Positions 17,647 to 28,343 of a DNA stretch of 64,000 bases are shown in pieces (position 1 is the first letter of the stretch; the number at the start of each line of letters is the position of its first letter). The position numbers and the translations under genes were made by a program. Location of the stretch: the NCBI GenBank assembly GCA_963976765.1, contig CAXBME010000006.1, positions 1-64,000 on the forward strand, read 5' to 3'. The notes under the pieces were generated by a model that was not told the DNA's origin, made no database searches, and was given only the letters and a program-made list of their open reading frames with translations. Source of the DNA: an uncultured Planctomycetaceae bacterium (GTDB lineage: Bacteria > Planctomycetota > Planctomycetia > Planctomycetales > Planctomycetaceae).

Positions 17647-19154
17647 CAGTCAGACTTTCGAGAGGTGATTCCATAATTCTGCCAGCGTTGCTCAACAAGC
17701 TGCGCCGTTTCTTCGTCAACATCCAAAGCGTCCGGCCAGTCTCTCGGATGTCCTTCTTCCGCCGACTTGGACGTCGCGTCGATGCCCATGCGGTGTCCGA
17801 CTCCACGAACGGCAGCGGCATGATCCAGCATGTCCGCCGGGCCTTCCGAGAAGATGGTATCGCGACCGGGGTGACAGTTCGCTCCGACCGCCGACCACAC
17901 CGCAGCGTCGTCGTGGATGTCGACATCCTCGTCGACAACAATCAGCATCTTGACATTGCTAAGCCGGTCGATGCCCCACAATGCGTTCATGACTTTGCGA
18001 GCCTGCTGCGGCCACGACTTTCGAATACTGACAAACGCGATGTTGCGATGATCGCCAGCAGCCGGCAGTCGCAGATTGACCAGTTCGGAAATCGTCAGTT
18101 TAACCAGCGGCAGAAAGATCTGATCGGCAGCGTGCGCGAGCCAGCCGTCTTCGCTCGGGGGAGCCGCCGGAATGATGACGGGCAGGATGGGATTCGCTCG
18201 GTGAGTGATCGCGGTAATGGTGACGCGAACGGCCAGGCAGCGAGTGTCGTAGTAACCGGTCGGCGTCGAGATAGTAGACGCTTCGGTGAAGGCTCGTGCC
18301 GGATCGACCATGCCTTCAAGAACGATTTCGGCATCAGCCGGAACCTGGGTCTCAACGCTGCGTCCGGGAATCACCTTGACGTTTTTTTGCCTCAGGAATC
18401 CGGCAAAAACCAACGGATCAACATACGGTGGCAGCGGTGCTCCGGCAGCGAAAGTCACAATCGGATCGCCGCCCAACGCGATTGCCAGCGGAAGCTGTTG
18501 GCCGGCCTTTGCTGCGTGTTCGACGAGTTGCCATTCAGAATCGTGAGGTGTCCAGTAAACCTGCACGGTGTTCCGGTCGACAATCTGAATCGGAACCCGC
18601 GAGACGTGCCGGATGATCGTCGACTCCGATTCCGAAGGGGCAGCACGCGACTCGCGGGGAATTCGCTGCTCGACCAGAAGCTGCGCGGCCGTCAGCACCG
18701 GCTGGGATTCCTGTTCCCAGCAAACGGGCACCGGCAACTGACCGAGATCAACATCACTGCCCATGTGAACGACCTGTTGGGCCATTGCGGTTTCGACCAC
18801 CTGAACTGGCCATTGAGTTGCTTCGAGCAGATTCGGAGCGAGCCGCAATGCTTCGAGCCAGCCCGCCGGCAGATTTGGTCGGACGAGAGCTGTAATCCGA
18901 GCGGCGATCTCGTTCAGAGATTCAACGCCGAGAGCGCGACGGGTTCGTGCCGCCGTGTTGAACAGACCGACGGCCACGGGAATCGACTTTCCACCGACAT
19001 TCTCAAACAGCACCGCCGGACTCCCGGGCTGCTGAGCGACTCGTCGCGCGACTGCTGCCAGCTCGTAATGCGAGTTCACCTCAGCGCTCACCCGAACCAG
19101 CTCGCCGTTTTCGGCGAGCATGTCGAGGAATTCGCTGAGATGTTCAACAGACAT
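17646..19154 (-). CDS. UbiD-family decarboxylase-like protein with a degenerate active site
   Basis: GELVRV, AVLFENV, VPADAEIVLEG, TGYY, VVDEDVDIHD, LDHA, MGIDAT; TGATG overlap with ubiE. Confidence 0.85.
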   Translation of the reverse strand: MSVEHLSEFLDMLAENGELVRVSAEVNSHYELAAVARRVAQQPGSPAVLFENVGGKSIPVAVGLFNTAARTRRALGVESLNEIAARITALVRPNLPAGWLEALRLAPNLLEATQWPVQVVETAMAQQVVHMGSDVDLGQLPVPVCWEQESQPVLTAAQLLVEQRIPRESRAAPSESESTIIRHVSRVPIQIVDRNTVQVYWTPHDSEWQLVEHAAKAGQQLPLAIALGGDPIVTFAAGAPLPPYVDPLVFAGFLRQKNVKVIPGRSVETQVPADAEIVLEGMVDPARAFTEASTISTPTGYYDTRCLAVRVTITAITHRANPILPVIIPAAPPSEDGWLAHAADQIFLPLVKLTISELVNLRLPAAGDHRNIAFVSIRKSWPQQARKVMNALWGIDRLSNVKMLIVVDEDVDIHDDAAVWSAVGANCHPGRDTIFSEGPADMLDHAAAVRGVGHRMGIDATSKSAEEGHPRDWPDALDVDEETAQLVEQRWQNYGITSRKSD

Positions 19155-19432
19155 GTGGAAGTCCGGGGCCGGCAGCAGCAACAGAACAAAATTGAGACGA
19201 ACAGGGATCCGAGCCGGAATAGTAGTCGAGCAGGTTCCTGCTGCCACTTAACCGCGAGCCGTCCTGAAAGTTAACGCTCCTCAGCGGCGAGGACACGACG
19301 ACGACCGTTCTCTGCGACTGAAGATCGGACTGCCTGAACGTTCGCCATGATAAACAGCCGGATGCAGAACTGCGTGATCGCTGGTTATCATTGAGGTCGA
19401 CTGCTCAAATGTTTTCTCGGATGGAGAGACCG

Positions 19433-19873
19433 ATGCCGGCCGTGTTTTTCTGGGAGCACACTGTTCGCGAAGAGGAAATCGACGAGCAGGGTCATGTCAA
19501 CAATCTGGAATACCTCAGGTGGATGCAGTCGGCGGCTGTCGCGCATTCCACCGAGCAGGGTTGGTCGCCGGAGCGGTACATCGAAGAAGGCTCCGCGTTC
19601 GTCGTCAGGTCACACTCGATCGAGTACCTTGCTCCAGGCTTTGCCGGGCAGTCGGTCGTCGTTGAAACCTGGGTGACGGGTTTCCAGAAGGTGACGTCGC
19701 TGAGGAAGTACCTGATCCGTCGTCCGGAGGATGACACTCTGCTGGCCAGAGCGGAAACCAACTGGGCTTACATCGGTCGCAAACACGGAGTCCCGCGCCG
19801 CATTCCTCAGGAGCTGATCGACAGCTTCGAACCGGCGGCGGATCACGGTGACTCCGCTCGCGAAGACAAGTGA
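19433..19873 (+). CDS. Acyl-CoA thioesterase (4HBT/hotdog family)
   Basis: EIDEQGHVNNLEYLRW motif; GGAGAG before ATG 19433. Confidence 0.9.
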   Translation: MPAVFFWEHTVREEEIDEQGHVNNLEYLRWMQSAAVAHSTEQGWSPERYIEEGSAFVVRSHSIEYLAPGFAGQSVVVETWVTGFQKVTSLRKYLIRRPEDDTLLARAETNWAYIGRKHGVPRRIPQELIDSFEPAADHGDSAREDK

Positions 19874-20084
19874 AACATCGACCATCGCGGAATCCCGCGG
19901 ACGGCACGCGAAATGTGCCTGCTGTCTTGAAAATCGCAGCCGCGAACTATCGACGGGTGACGCTGCTGGCTCATCCAGCACTGTTTGGGGGGAATTTGGC
20001 GCACTGCCGGGCATGCCAGCAGTGCGTCCTTCATCGGGAATTTCTTTCCGGGCGAATCCAAACGCGTGACGAAAACTATCGAGG

Positions 20085-21437
20085 TCAGACGATCTCGCGG
20101 ATCGGGATTCGGTTTTCGATCAGGTATTGAGGCCGGCCGGTTGGGTCTGAAATGGTCGTCGTACCGGGATCGATGCCGAGGTTGTGGTAGATCGTGGCGA
20201 TAACTTCCTGCATGTGGACCGGGCGATCGAGTGCGTACTCGCCGAGTCGGTTGGTGGCTCCGATGGCCTGGCCGGTTCTCATGCCGCCGCCGGCCAGCAG
20301 GCAGCAACTGACTCGCGGCCAGTGATCTCGACCGGCGTTCGGATTGACTCGGGGAGTACGACCGAATTCTCCCCACACGGCAACGGTTGTGTCGTCCAGC
20401 ATGCCTCGGTCGTCCAGATCCTGAATCAGCGCGGCAACGCCCTGATCGAGCTTGCCGCCGTGATCGCGGACCAGGTCAAAGTTTTTCCCATGGCTGTCCC
20501 AGCGACCGTACGACATTGTGACTGACCGAACGCCGGCTTCAACCAGACGACGAGCCACCAGCATGTGCTCATTCACGGTCGGAGCACCATCGTACTGATA
20601 CTGGTACGGCTTCCCGTCGCCGTATTTAGCGACAAGGGCGGGGTCTTCTTTACTGACGTCCAGCGCGTCGAGCAGTTTGTTTGACGTCAGCACTCCGAAG
20701 GCTGCCTGATTGAACGCGTCAATCCCCTGGAGCAGGCCGCCTGAATCGGCTTTGCGTTTCAACTGGTCGAGCCCGCCGAGCAGCGACTTTCGATCCTGCA
20801 GTCGGTCGAGCGTCACGCCGTTGAGAGTGAGATTGGCCATGCCGTCGCTGTCCGGTTTGAACGGAGCATAGGCCGCTCCGAGAAATCCTGGCCCGCCCGG
20901 TTCCGACCAGGGGACATGCCTCGTTTTATCGGCAAGCGCCATCGCTGGCGGAACACTGGGCTGCGTCGGGCCGAACAGTTTCGACAGGACAGGACCAATC
21001 GCCGGTCGACCGCCGATCGATGTACTGTCGCGTCGGTCCCAGCCGCTGAAGCATTGAAAGGCGTCGTGGCCGCCAGCGCAACCCACGATTGATCGAATGA
21101 AAACGAACTTCTCGGCAGCGGCAGCGATGTTCGGAAAGCACTCGCCGATCTGAATTCCGGGAACGGAGGTGGCGATCGGGTCGAACTCGCCGCGAATCTC
21201 CTGCGGGGCGTCCGTCTTGATTTCCCACATGTCCTGATGGGGAGGTCCACCGCCCAGGAAAATATTGATTACCGCCTTGTGGCGTCCGCCGTTCGGGCTG
21301 ATGGATTCGGCTCGGAGCAGATCCGGCAGACCGAGGCTGGCCACTCCGGCCATTGAAAAGCCGCCGACTTTCAAAAAGCCGCGGCGAGAGATTCCGTCAC
21401 AGAATGATTTCTGGCGAGGACCGAGGATGGTCAGCAT
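20085..21437 (-). CDS. DUF1501 domain protein
   Basis: SRRGFLK, FLGGGPPHQD, ARRLVEAGV, WDSH, GEFGRTP, GRDHW. Confidence 0.92.
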   Translation of the reverse strand: MLTILGPRQKSFCDGISRRGFLKVGGFSMAGVASLGLPDLLRAESISPNGGRHKAVINIFLGGGPPHQDMWEIKTDAPQEIRGEFDPIATSVPGIQIGECFPNIAAAAEKFVFIRSIVGCAGGHDAFQCFSGWDRRDSTSIGGRPAIGPVLSKLFGPTQPSVPPAMALADKTRHVPWSEPGGPGFLGAAYAPFKPDSDGMANLTLNGVTLDRLQDRKSLLGGLDQLKRKADSGGLLQGIDAFNQAAFGVLTSNKLLDALDVSKEDPALVAKYGDGKPYQYQYDGAPTVNEHMLVARRLVEAGVRSVTMSYGRWDSHGKNFDLVRDHGGKLDQGVAALIQDLDDRGMLDDTTVAVWGEFGRTPRVNPNAGRDHWPRVSCCLLAGGGMRTGQAIGATNRLGEYALDRPVHMQEVIATIYHNLGIDPGTTTISDPTGRPQYLIENRIPIREIV

Positions 21438-21836
21438 GGCAGGGCTCCGAAGGTGGGAACGAACGCTGGAAATAAGATCGGCAGATCAATTCAGCATTCG
21501 TTGATCTGTTTGAAATTACCCGCGCCAGCGGCAACGGTCAACGGATGTCTGCCCGGACGCGGTGTATCCCTGAGGTGGTTCTTCGGAATCAGCAAGGGTG
21601 ATCGCCATGAAATGGGCAGGCAAAGTGTCCCATTCGAGCGGCTCAGTCGTTTCGGCTGTTGAAATCAGCGGCTTTTCTCGTACAGAAATGACAGCTAGCC
21701 TTTGACCGACTGACCTCAGCGACCGAAACTCACGTAACGCGACGTTGTTCATAAGGTCGGAGACTCAGGCCGTCAGTCGCCGCTTTCACCCACTCGCTCA
21801 AATCTGCACAAGCCTGAGCTGATTCAGGAGGACTTG

Positions 21837-22985
21837 ATGACTTATCACCCCACCGCCCAGACGAAGCATCAGGCCGATAACCGGTCGGTGGGCGACGGTG
21901 ACGATGTTATCGAGTTTGCCGAATTCACCGGTGACGACGACGCGTGGGAAGGCAGCAGCGAATCGGCCACTGAAATTTCTGCTGTTCCATCGGAAGCTGT
22001 CCCCCCGGCATGGTTCAGAAGTAAATCGGAAACCTCGACCGGCACCGACTCGACGGAAAACCCAACTCCCGCGATCGCCACTTCTCAGCCGACGCTTTCA
22101 GCACAAAGCTCGTCCCGGCAGCGCATCAGAAAAAAGAGAGGCGGCAATAAAATTCGCCAGTCTGTCGGCGCCTTGATCGAGACCAGTGACGAAACTCCAG
22201 AGCCGCTTGATTGGAAAAAGGACTGGAAAAAACTCGCACTTGTCTGGCTCGTCAGCAACGCGACGGCTGGTTACGGTGTTTCGCTCATCTTTCACACGGT
22301 ATTGCTCGGTGGATTGTCAGCCATCGTTTATCACAGCATGGACGACAATCAGTCGATTTCGATGATCATCACTGATGCGGACGCGATGCCCATCGAGTTT
22401 ACGGAGATCATGGATCTGACTGTCGAGCCTGCTGGCGGAGCGGACAGACAGCTTCCACAACTTCAGAAGATCCCAATTACCGCATCCGAAGCCGAAATCA
22501 GCAGTAGCCTGCTCGACAGCACGGCCAGTAATGCCGGGAACGATGGCGACGGTGGCAGCACGGACGAAGGTTTCGGTTTTGCATTCAGCATGCCTGAAGG
22601 CGGCAAAGTTGTCAGCAAAGGCAGCTTCAGCGCCTGGACCGTACCCGAAGATCCGGAACCTGGAAAGGACTACATGATCGTGATCCGGATCAGACTGCCA
22701 GAGTCCACAAAGCTCTATCGAATCACCGACCTGTCGGGCAAAGTCGAGGGATCGGACACTTACATTCAGCACTTGCCGTTCGACCCAGAACTTCGAAAAT
22801 ATAGTGCAAGATCCGAACGCAATGGTCAGGTCGTCGAACTGCGGTCGTCGTCACGACTTCGCGTCATCAATAATCATGTTCAGGTCATGATTCCGGTGAT
22901 GGGTGGAGACAACCTGGTCCGCGACACGATTTATGTAAGGTCGCGCATGCTGAACGAGGATCAGAAACTCGAAATTGAGTTCTGA
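21837..22985 (+). CDS. Hypothetical membrane-anchored protein
   Basis: Long ORF, AGGAGG RBS, SLIFH TM segment, GSFSAWTVPEDP C-terminal domain. Confidence 0.75.
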   Translation: MTYHPTAQTKHQADNRSVGDGDDVIEFAEFTGDDDAWEGSSESATEISAVPSEAVPPAWFRSKSETSTGTDSTENPTPAIATSQPTLSAQSSSRQRIRKKRGGNKIRQSVGALIETSDETPEPLDWKKDWKKLALVWLVSNATAGYGVSLIFHTVLLGGLSAIVYHSMDDNQSISMIITDADAMPIEFTEIMDLTVEPAGGADRQLPQLQKIPITASEAEISSSLLDSTASNAGNDGDGGSTDEGFGFAFSMPEGGKVVSKGSFSAWTVPEDPEPGKDYMIVIRIRLPESTKLYRITDLSGKVEGSDTYIQHLPFDPELRKYSARSERNGQVVELRSSSRLRVINNHVQVMIPVMGGDNLVRDTIYVRSRMLNEDQKLEIEF

Positions 22986-23014
22986 ACAACGGGCGTCTCT
23001 GAACAACGGGCGAC
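22981..23014 (+). repeat. 17-bp tandem duplication over the stop codon
   Basis: tctgaacaacgggcgtc / tctgaacaacgggcgac. Confidence 0.8.
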
Positions 23015-23086
23015 ATGCTTCGCGGCCCGGATTGGCCGAGCCTGTGAAGCACCTCGTCGTGAAACTCCCACACTGACCGAATCCTG

Positions 23087-23611
23087 ATGTCAGATCCTGC
23101 CCATCCGCTGACGCTGTGGCTCGCTCAGGCCAGTGTCGTGTTTTACGCGGTGGCCGTGCTGATCGCGGTCTCGAACGGGGCGACGACCGGGCGAAACTTT
23201 CGACGGTGGCGAGCCGCGTGGTCGGCAGCCTGCCTGCTGTTAATCATCCACGTTGCGGCGGCGTTTCACTTCGAACACGGCTGGAGCCGCGCCGCCGCGT
23301 TTGAGTACACTGCCGATCAAACGGCCCGAGTGACCGGCATCAACCGAGGCGAAGGTCTCTACTTTAACTACGCGTTTCTGATTCTCTGGCTCGTCGACGT
23401 TGCCGTTTTGTGGACAGTGGCCAGCAAGGTTCCGTCCAGGCTCCGACGAAGCACGGACCTCGCCTGCATTTTCATGGTTTTTAACGCGACGGTCGTTTTC
23501 GGTCGGCGATGGTGGATCGGCCTGATGATCGCCTTCGGGGTGATTGTCACGTGGCTTCGGCAGGAAAAGCCGGGCTCGGCGGACGCGGCTGACTCGACCA
23601 ATCTGGAATGA
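23087..23611 (+). CDS. Hypothetical integral membrane protein
   Basis: Four to five hydrophobic segments; HVAAAFHFEHGWS, GLYFNY, FMVFNATVVF. Confidence 0.75.
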   Translation: MSDPAHPLTLWLAQASVVFYAVAVLIAVSNGATTGRNFRRWRAAWSAACLLLIIHVAAAFHFEHGWSRAAAFEYTADQTARVTGINRGEGLYFNYAFLILWLVDVAVLWTVASKVPSRLRRSTDLACIFMVFNATVVFGRRWWIGLMIAFGVIVTWLRQEKPGSADAADSTNLE

Positions 23612-23897
23612 GGTCGCAGTCGCATTCGAAATACCGCCAGCAGATCAGCATTGGCATCTTCGCTCTCGTGCCTGAATGCCCGGCTGATTTTCGGTATGGA
23701 CACGGATCCGGCGTTTCCCCAAGAATCCCGCCCTTGCGCTGAGGGGCTGGGAGCCTCGTGGTCATTCAGGCCCGCAGGAGAAATGGGAATCAGCTGTTTT
23801 TACGCGATCAACTCGCGTTGAACGGCTCAAAGCTGCGTCATCGTCGGCGAACGTTGGGACGAAAACCGCACGACGCTGCTTAGCAAGGGAATGCGGC

Positions 23898-24659
23898 ATG
23901 CACCAGAAACACGCTTATCGCTCGCTCGCTGCTGGAGTGGGTCTCTTCTTTTTGTCAGGCTGCTACGCGCCCTACGGTGGTTACCCGCCTGGAGCCTACG
24001 CCCCTCAAGGTGGAGCCCCGATGCAGTACCAGGGCGTCCCGCAGTCGTCGTACGTGATGCCAGGCGACGCGTTGGGAAGCCCGTCGTCAACGATCGGAGC
24101 ACCTTCAACATTCACTCCTGGCGGAACCATCCAGGCTCCGGTTCCTGCGACTCGAGGCGGCAGCAACGGCTCGCCGTCGCCAGTTCCGCTCCCGCGCGAC
24201 CCCGATCCGTCAGCCGCAAAACCATCGGGACAGCAGACTTCTCAGTTCGGAATTCCTGTCGGGCCGCCGGAAGTTTCACTGGGGATGCCAGCGGAACTCG
24301 ACTTTCAGTCACCCATTGTTTTAGCGGGAGCCGACGACCGGTCAGACGGTGGAGTGGTGACTGTATCCGGACAACCCACGACCGGTGGCTCGTTCGGGCA
24401 CGACCCGAACTACAACTGGTTTCAGGGCCGACTTGAATTTGTCGCCTCGGACCAGGCCTGGCACCTCACCTACGACGATGCTCCGACAGCTGCCGATCAG
24501 CTTGGCGGCGACATCTCGCTCAGTAGCGACGTCAAACTCGAACCGAGTCATAACGGATCGTATGTCCGAGTGACCGGACAATTTGACGACGTCAAACTCG
24601 ATCGACTCGGTAAGCCTGTTTTCCGAGTCAGCCGAATCGATGAGGTCAAACCTCGATAA
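23898..24659 (+). CDS. Hypothetical lipoprotein, Pro/Gly-rich
   Basis: Lipobox LSGC; C-terminal GHDPNYNWFQGRL...DQLGG domain. Confidence 0.75.
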   Translation: MHQKHAYRSLAAGVGLFFLSGCYAPYGGYPPGAYAPQGGAPMQYQGVPQSSYVMPGDALGSPSSTIGAPSTFTPGGTIQAPVPATRGGSNGSPSPVPLPRDPDPSAAKPSGQQTSQFGIPVGPPEVSLGMPAELDFQSPIVLAGADDRSDGGVVTVSGQPTTGGSFGHDPNYNWFQGRLEFVASDQAWHLTYDDAPTAADQLGGDISLSSDVKLEPSHNGSYVRVTGQFDDVKLDRLGKPVFRVSRIDEVKPR

Positions 24660-24671
24660 TCCTGGACCGAC

Positions 24672-25379
24672 TCACTCAGTTCGAGCAAGACCTTCGAAAA
24701 TCCGGCTGCCGATCCGAATCAACGTCGCGCCTTCCTCAATCGCGATTTTGAAGTCGCCACTCATGCCCATCGAGAGTTCGGGCAACGACAGCTGGCCAGC
24801 CGACTTCGCAGCCAGCCTGTCTCGAAAATCGCGGAGCTCTCTGAAAACTGGTCGAGCCGACTCAGCGTCATCCGAATGCGGGGCCATCGTCATCAGCCCC
24901 TGAATCTCGACATGCTGCAGATCGAGAATCCCGACCCAGTTTGATTCGAGGTCAGCCGGCAGAAATCCATCTTTCGATTCCTCGCCCGACACATTGACTT
25001 CCAGCAGCACCCGCTGACGCCTGCTCACCGCAGCGGCGGATGATTCGATTTTCCGCAGCAGACGCAGACTGTCGACCGAGTGAATCAGCTCGGCAGCGGG
25101 GATCACCATGTCGACCTTGTTGCGTTGCAGGTGACCGATCATGTGCCAGGACACGTTGTCCGGCAGCTCGTTGACACGCCGGCACATTTGCTGGGGGCGA
25201 CTTTCTCCCAGCTGCGTTTGCCCCAGTTCAACAAGATCGCGGACCCAGTCCAGCTCGGCGTACTTTGTTACCGCCACAAGCTGAACACTGTCTGACGACC
25301 GGTTGGCGCGGGCACAGGCTTCCTCGACGTCGTTGCGGATTTGTTCCAGATTCCGGGCGATCAGTTGGTGGTTCGGCAT
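24672..25379 (-). CDS. yggS: PLP homeostasis protein YggS/PLPBP
   Basis: LVAVTK, GESRPQ, WHMIGHLQRNK, IHSVD, GLMTMAP, LSMGMSGDF, IRIGS. Confidence 0.95.
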   Translation of the reverse strand: MPNHQLIARNLEQIRNDVEEACARANRSSDSVQLVAVTKYAELDWVRDLVELGQTQLGESRPQQMCRRVNELPDNVSWHMIGHLQRNKVDMVIPAAELIHSVDSLRLLRKIESSAAAVSRRQRVLLEVNVSGEESKDGFLPADLESNWVGILDLQHVEIQGLMTMAPHSDDAESARPVFRELRDFRDRLAAKSAGQLSLPELSMGMSGDFKIAIEEGATLIRIGSRIFEGLARTE

Positions 25380-25517
25380 GGTGTCCAGCGGGCAGAAACC
25401 CGGCTCCAGAGTGACAGAATCAGTTCTTGCGTGTACGGTGATTCAACCAGAGGCTCCGATTGTAGTGGCTTCTGCACGCGGCGACTCTTCTCCCTTCACG
25501 AATTCAGGGCTGGACTC

Positions 25518-26453
25518 ATGGCACTTCGAGATCTCGATCGCCGCGCTGCATTTTGCCTGACAAAATTGGCAAACCTCGTTCTCCTGGCAGCCGTGCCGGG
25601 GATCGGACTGGCAATTGTCGGCTGCGGCGGTTCCAGCGAAGCGCCGCCAGCATCGTCGGAAGTTGCAGATGACTCAGCCTCGACGGACGCGGACATGAGC
25701 GACGCAGCAATGATGAGCAGCTCGGACATGAGCGACCCCTCAATGAACTCGTCGATGGACGTGTCGTCGATGGAGTCGTCAATGTTGGAAACGGCAGTCA
25801 CGCATGAGACCAGTTCCGAGTTTGCTGACACGTCTTTGGGTCACGGAGAAGGGGAGCCAGGATCAGAAGCTGAAATGCTCGCGACCGGAACCACGTCAAC
25901 TGAGCCAGGTGACACGGACACAGCCATGTCTGCTCAGATAGCCGCTGCTGAAGCTGCCGCAAACCCGTCGTCGACTCTGCCGTCAGATCCGGGTACTGAC
26001 GCCGCGATGTCTGCTCAGATGGCCGCAGCAAACAATCAGCCCGGAATCGGATCTGAAAGCGGCGAAATCGGGCAGGAAGGAACCGACGCCGGCCCTGATG
26101 GAGAAAATGGAGGTGGGGCTCAGGAACCGCCAGCCGACTCGCCTGACTATCCAGCGTTCAAGGTTGTTATGGGGTTGATGCAGGGCAACCACGAAGGACT
26201 CAAGGATTTTATCGCGACGACAGGTCGCGGCCTCACTGAGAAGATTCGCAGCGGCAGTCTGACGGCAGAAGAGAAAGATGATCTGAAGAAAACCTTCGTT
26301 CAGCCGCAACTTGTCGGAGCCCCTCGAACGATTCGCGGCAGCCGAACCGTCATTCTCAACAGCGGCGGCCAGGTTATCACTCTGGTCAGTAAGAAGCAGG
26401 GGACGAGCTGGAAAGTTTCCAGCATCTCGATCAAGGCCGCTTCGAAACGCTGA
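25518..26453 (+). CDS. Hypothetical acidic low-complexity lipoprotein
   Basis: Lipobox IVGC; Ser/Asp/Met-rich linker with internal repeat TDxAMSAQxAAA; small C-terminal domain. Confidence 0.7.
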   Translation: MALRDLDRRAAFCLTKLANLVLLAAVPGIGLAIVGCGGSSEAPPASSEVADDSASTDADMSDAAMMSSSDMSDPSMNSSMDVSSMESSMLETAVTHETSSEFADTSLGHGEGEPGSEAEMLATGTTSTEPGDTDTAMSAQIAAAEAAANPSSTLPSDPGTDAAMSAQMAAANNQPGIGSESGEIGQEGTDAGPDGENGGGAQEPPADSPDYPAFKVVMGLMQGNHEGLKDFIATTGRGLTEKIRSGSLTAEEKDDLKKTFVQPQLVGAPRTIRGSRTVILNSGGQVITLVSKKQGTSWKVSSISIKAASKR

Positions 26454-26766
26454 ATTGTGAAGTCCTGCGTAGATTTTCCGCTACCGGGGCAGTCGACCAG
26501 CGAGAATTTCAGGCTCAGACAGAACCTTGTCGCGAAACCGTCTTCAGGCAATCAGAATTAGCGGCCTGGAATTTCGCTCAAGCAGTTTTGTCTGCCGAGC
26601 AGCCAGCACGTGATTTCACTTTGTGCTCTCACGAAGTATCGTCCGTGGCACGGCAGGGCGATCGTCGTTTGCTGAACCTGATCGCGAGCTTTCGCGTCGT
26701 GACAGTCTTGCCTCGCGAATCGTTGATGATGAAACCGCAACTCTGTTGAAAACCCCGAGGACTGGC

Positions 26767-28155
26767 ATGTCTGACTCCATCAAATTTCCTGGCGAAGAAC
26801 GATCCAACGCAGCAAGAGAAGTCATCACTACCAAAGAACCGATCGCGCTGCGAACTTTTACTCCCAGCCAGGCGGTCTTCGCAAAGTCGGCGGGCGTGTT
26901 CCACTACACCGCCGACGGGCGAAAACTTTACGACTACAGCTCGGGCGTGCTGGTTGCGAACCTCGGACACAATCCGAAGAGCTGGGTGAAACGGTTTCTT
27001 GACTACCTCAACTGGACGCCCGAGGCCTTCTCAGGCGGAGACGGCTATCACGAGTTTGTTCCGCTGACCGCCTACAACGCCGTCACCGAAGTCGAGGCGC
27101 TGGCTGTCGAGCGACTTTTGAAAAGCGTCCAGACAACGCCGTTCGGTAAACGACTCGACACTGTCATGTGGTCGGCATCCGGCTCCGAAGCCGTCATTAA
27201 AGCTTTGTGGGCATGCCTTCACCGCGACGAAGATCGAGACATCATCATCGCGACGCGATTTGGATTTCACGGAAAGAAGGGGCTCGCCGGAGCAGTCACT
27301 GGCTCAGAGAAAGACTCCAACCGTGACCCTCGCGTCAAATTCATCAGCTTTCCGATGGAAGAAATCGCCGACAGCAGCCAGTATGGCCAGCCGCTCGACC
27401 TGTCAAAGTACGAGGCGGAATTGCAGGCTCTCTATGACGAATTCGGCAGCCGCATCAACTGTCTCATTACGGAACCGTACCTCGGCGGCGGAGGCAGTTA
27501 TCATCCGCCGGCTGAATACCTGCAGATGATTCAAAGCTTCTGCCGCAAGCACGACATCCTGTTTATTCTCGACGAGGTGCAGTCCAACTTCGGTCGAACA
27601 GGCAAGATGTACGCTTTCGAAAAGAACGAAATCGAGCCCGACTTTGTGACGCTCGGCAAAGGTCTCGGAAACGGAGTGGCTGTCAGCGGAGTTGTCGGGC
27701 GAGGCGACATCATGAGCAGTCTCAAATACGGCGAAGCATCCGACACCTGGAGCGCCAACCCGCTGGCGTCAGCCGCCGTGCTGGCAACGCTCGACGAATT
27801 TGAATCGACAAACGTTCTGGAAAACGGTCGCGTGTTGACAGACGTCTTCTTCGAAGGTCTGAACCGACTGAAGGAGACCGGGCTGGTTGCGAAGGTTCGA
27901 GGTGAAGGACTTGTCTTTGGCATCGAGTGCGCCGACTTCAACGGAATCGCTGCCGGAGACATCGCCAATGCGATCGTAAAGGCATCGTACGTCGGCAAGG
28001 GCGATCGCGGCGCAATCCACTTCCTGGGAGCACTCGCCGGCAAAGTACTTCGAGTCAGTCCGCCGATGACCATGACCATGGACGAAGCCAACGATTCACT
28101 CTCGCTGCTACTGTCGATCTGCGAAGAACTCGCGGCAGCTGGAGGCGTCGTCTGA
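26767..28155 (+). CDS. Class-III PLP-dependent aminotransferase
   Basis: SGSEAV, GFHG, LDEVQSNFGRTG, TLGKGLGNG; GAGGA before ATG 26767. Confidence 0.9.
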   Translation: MSDSIKFPGEERSNAAREVITTKEPIALRTFTPSQAVFAKSAGVFHYTADGRKLYDYSSGVLVANLGHNPKSWVKRFLDYLNWTPEAFSGGDGYHEFVPLTAYNAVTEVEALAVERLLKSVQTTPFGKRLDTVMWSASGSEAVIKALWACLHRDEDRDIIIATRFGFHGKKGLAGAVTGSEKDSNRDPRVKFISFPMEEIADSSQYGQPLDLSKYEAELQALYDEFGSRINCLITEPYLGGGGSYHPPAEYLQMIQSFCRKHDILFILDEVQSNFGRTGKMYAFEKNEIEPDFVTLGKGLGNGVAVSGVVGRGDIMSSLKYGEASDTWSANPLASAAVLATLDEFESTNVLENGRVLTDVFFEGLNRLKETGLVAKVRGEGLVFGIECADFNGIAAGDIANAIVKASYVGKGDRGAIHFLGALAGKVLRVSPPMTMTMDEANDSLSLLLSICEELAAAGGVV

Positions 28156-28343
28156 AATCGCTTTTTCTCATTTGAAGTCTTTGGTATCTGCCACAAAGTC
28201 TTGAACAGTGACTGTTCCTGGTCAACAGCCCAATAATCAACCGAGTGTTTAAAGCTTGAGGTTTCATTGCGAAGCTCTGCGCCTTCGTGGCTTTGCGTCA
28301 GCTGCTGAACTGCCAGGTCAACTTTCTCCGCGAAAGACCGTCC

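Noticed and set aside
17688..19274. 528-aa plus-strand ORF, and similar long antisense ORFs such as 42474-43700, 32039-32923 and 56382-57236
   Set aside because: Shadow frames opposite well-supported genes in GC-rich DNA; no motifs
22981..23014. 17-bp tandem repeat as a CRISPR remnant
   Set aside because: Two adjacent units, no spacer, no cas genes; simple slippage duplication
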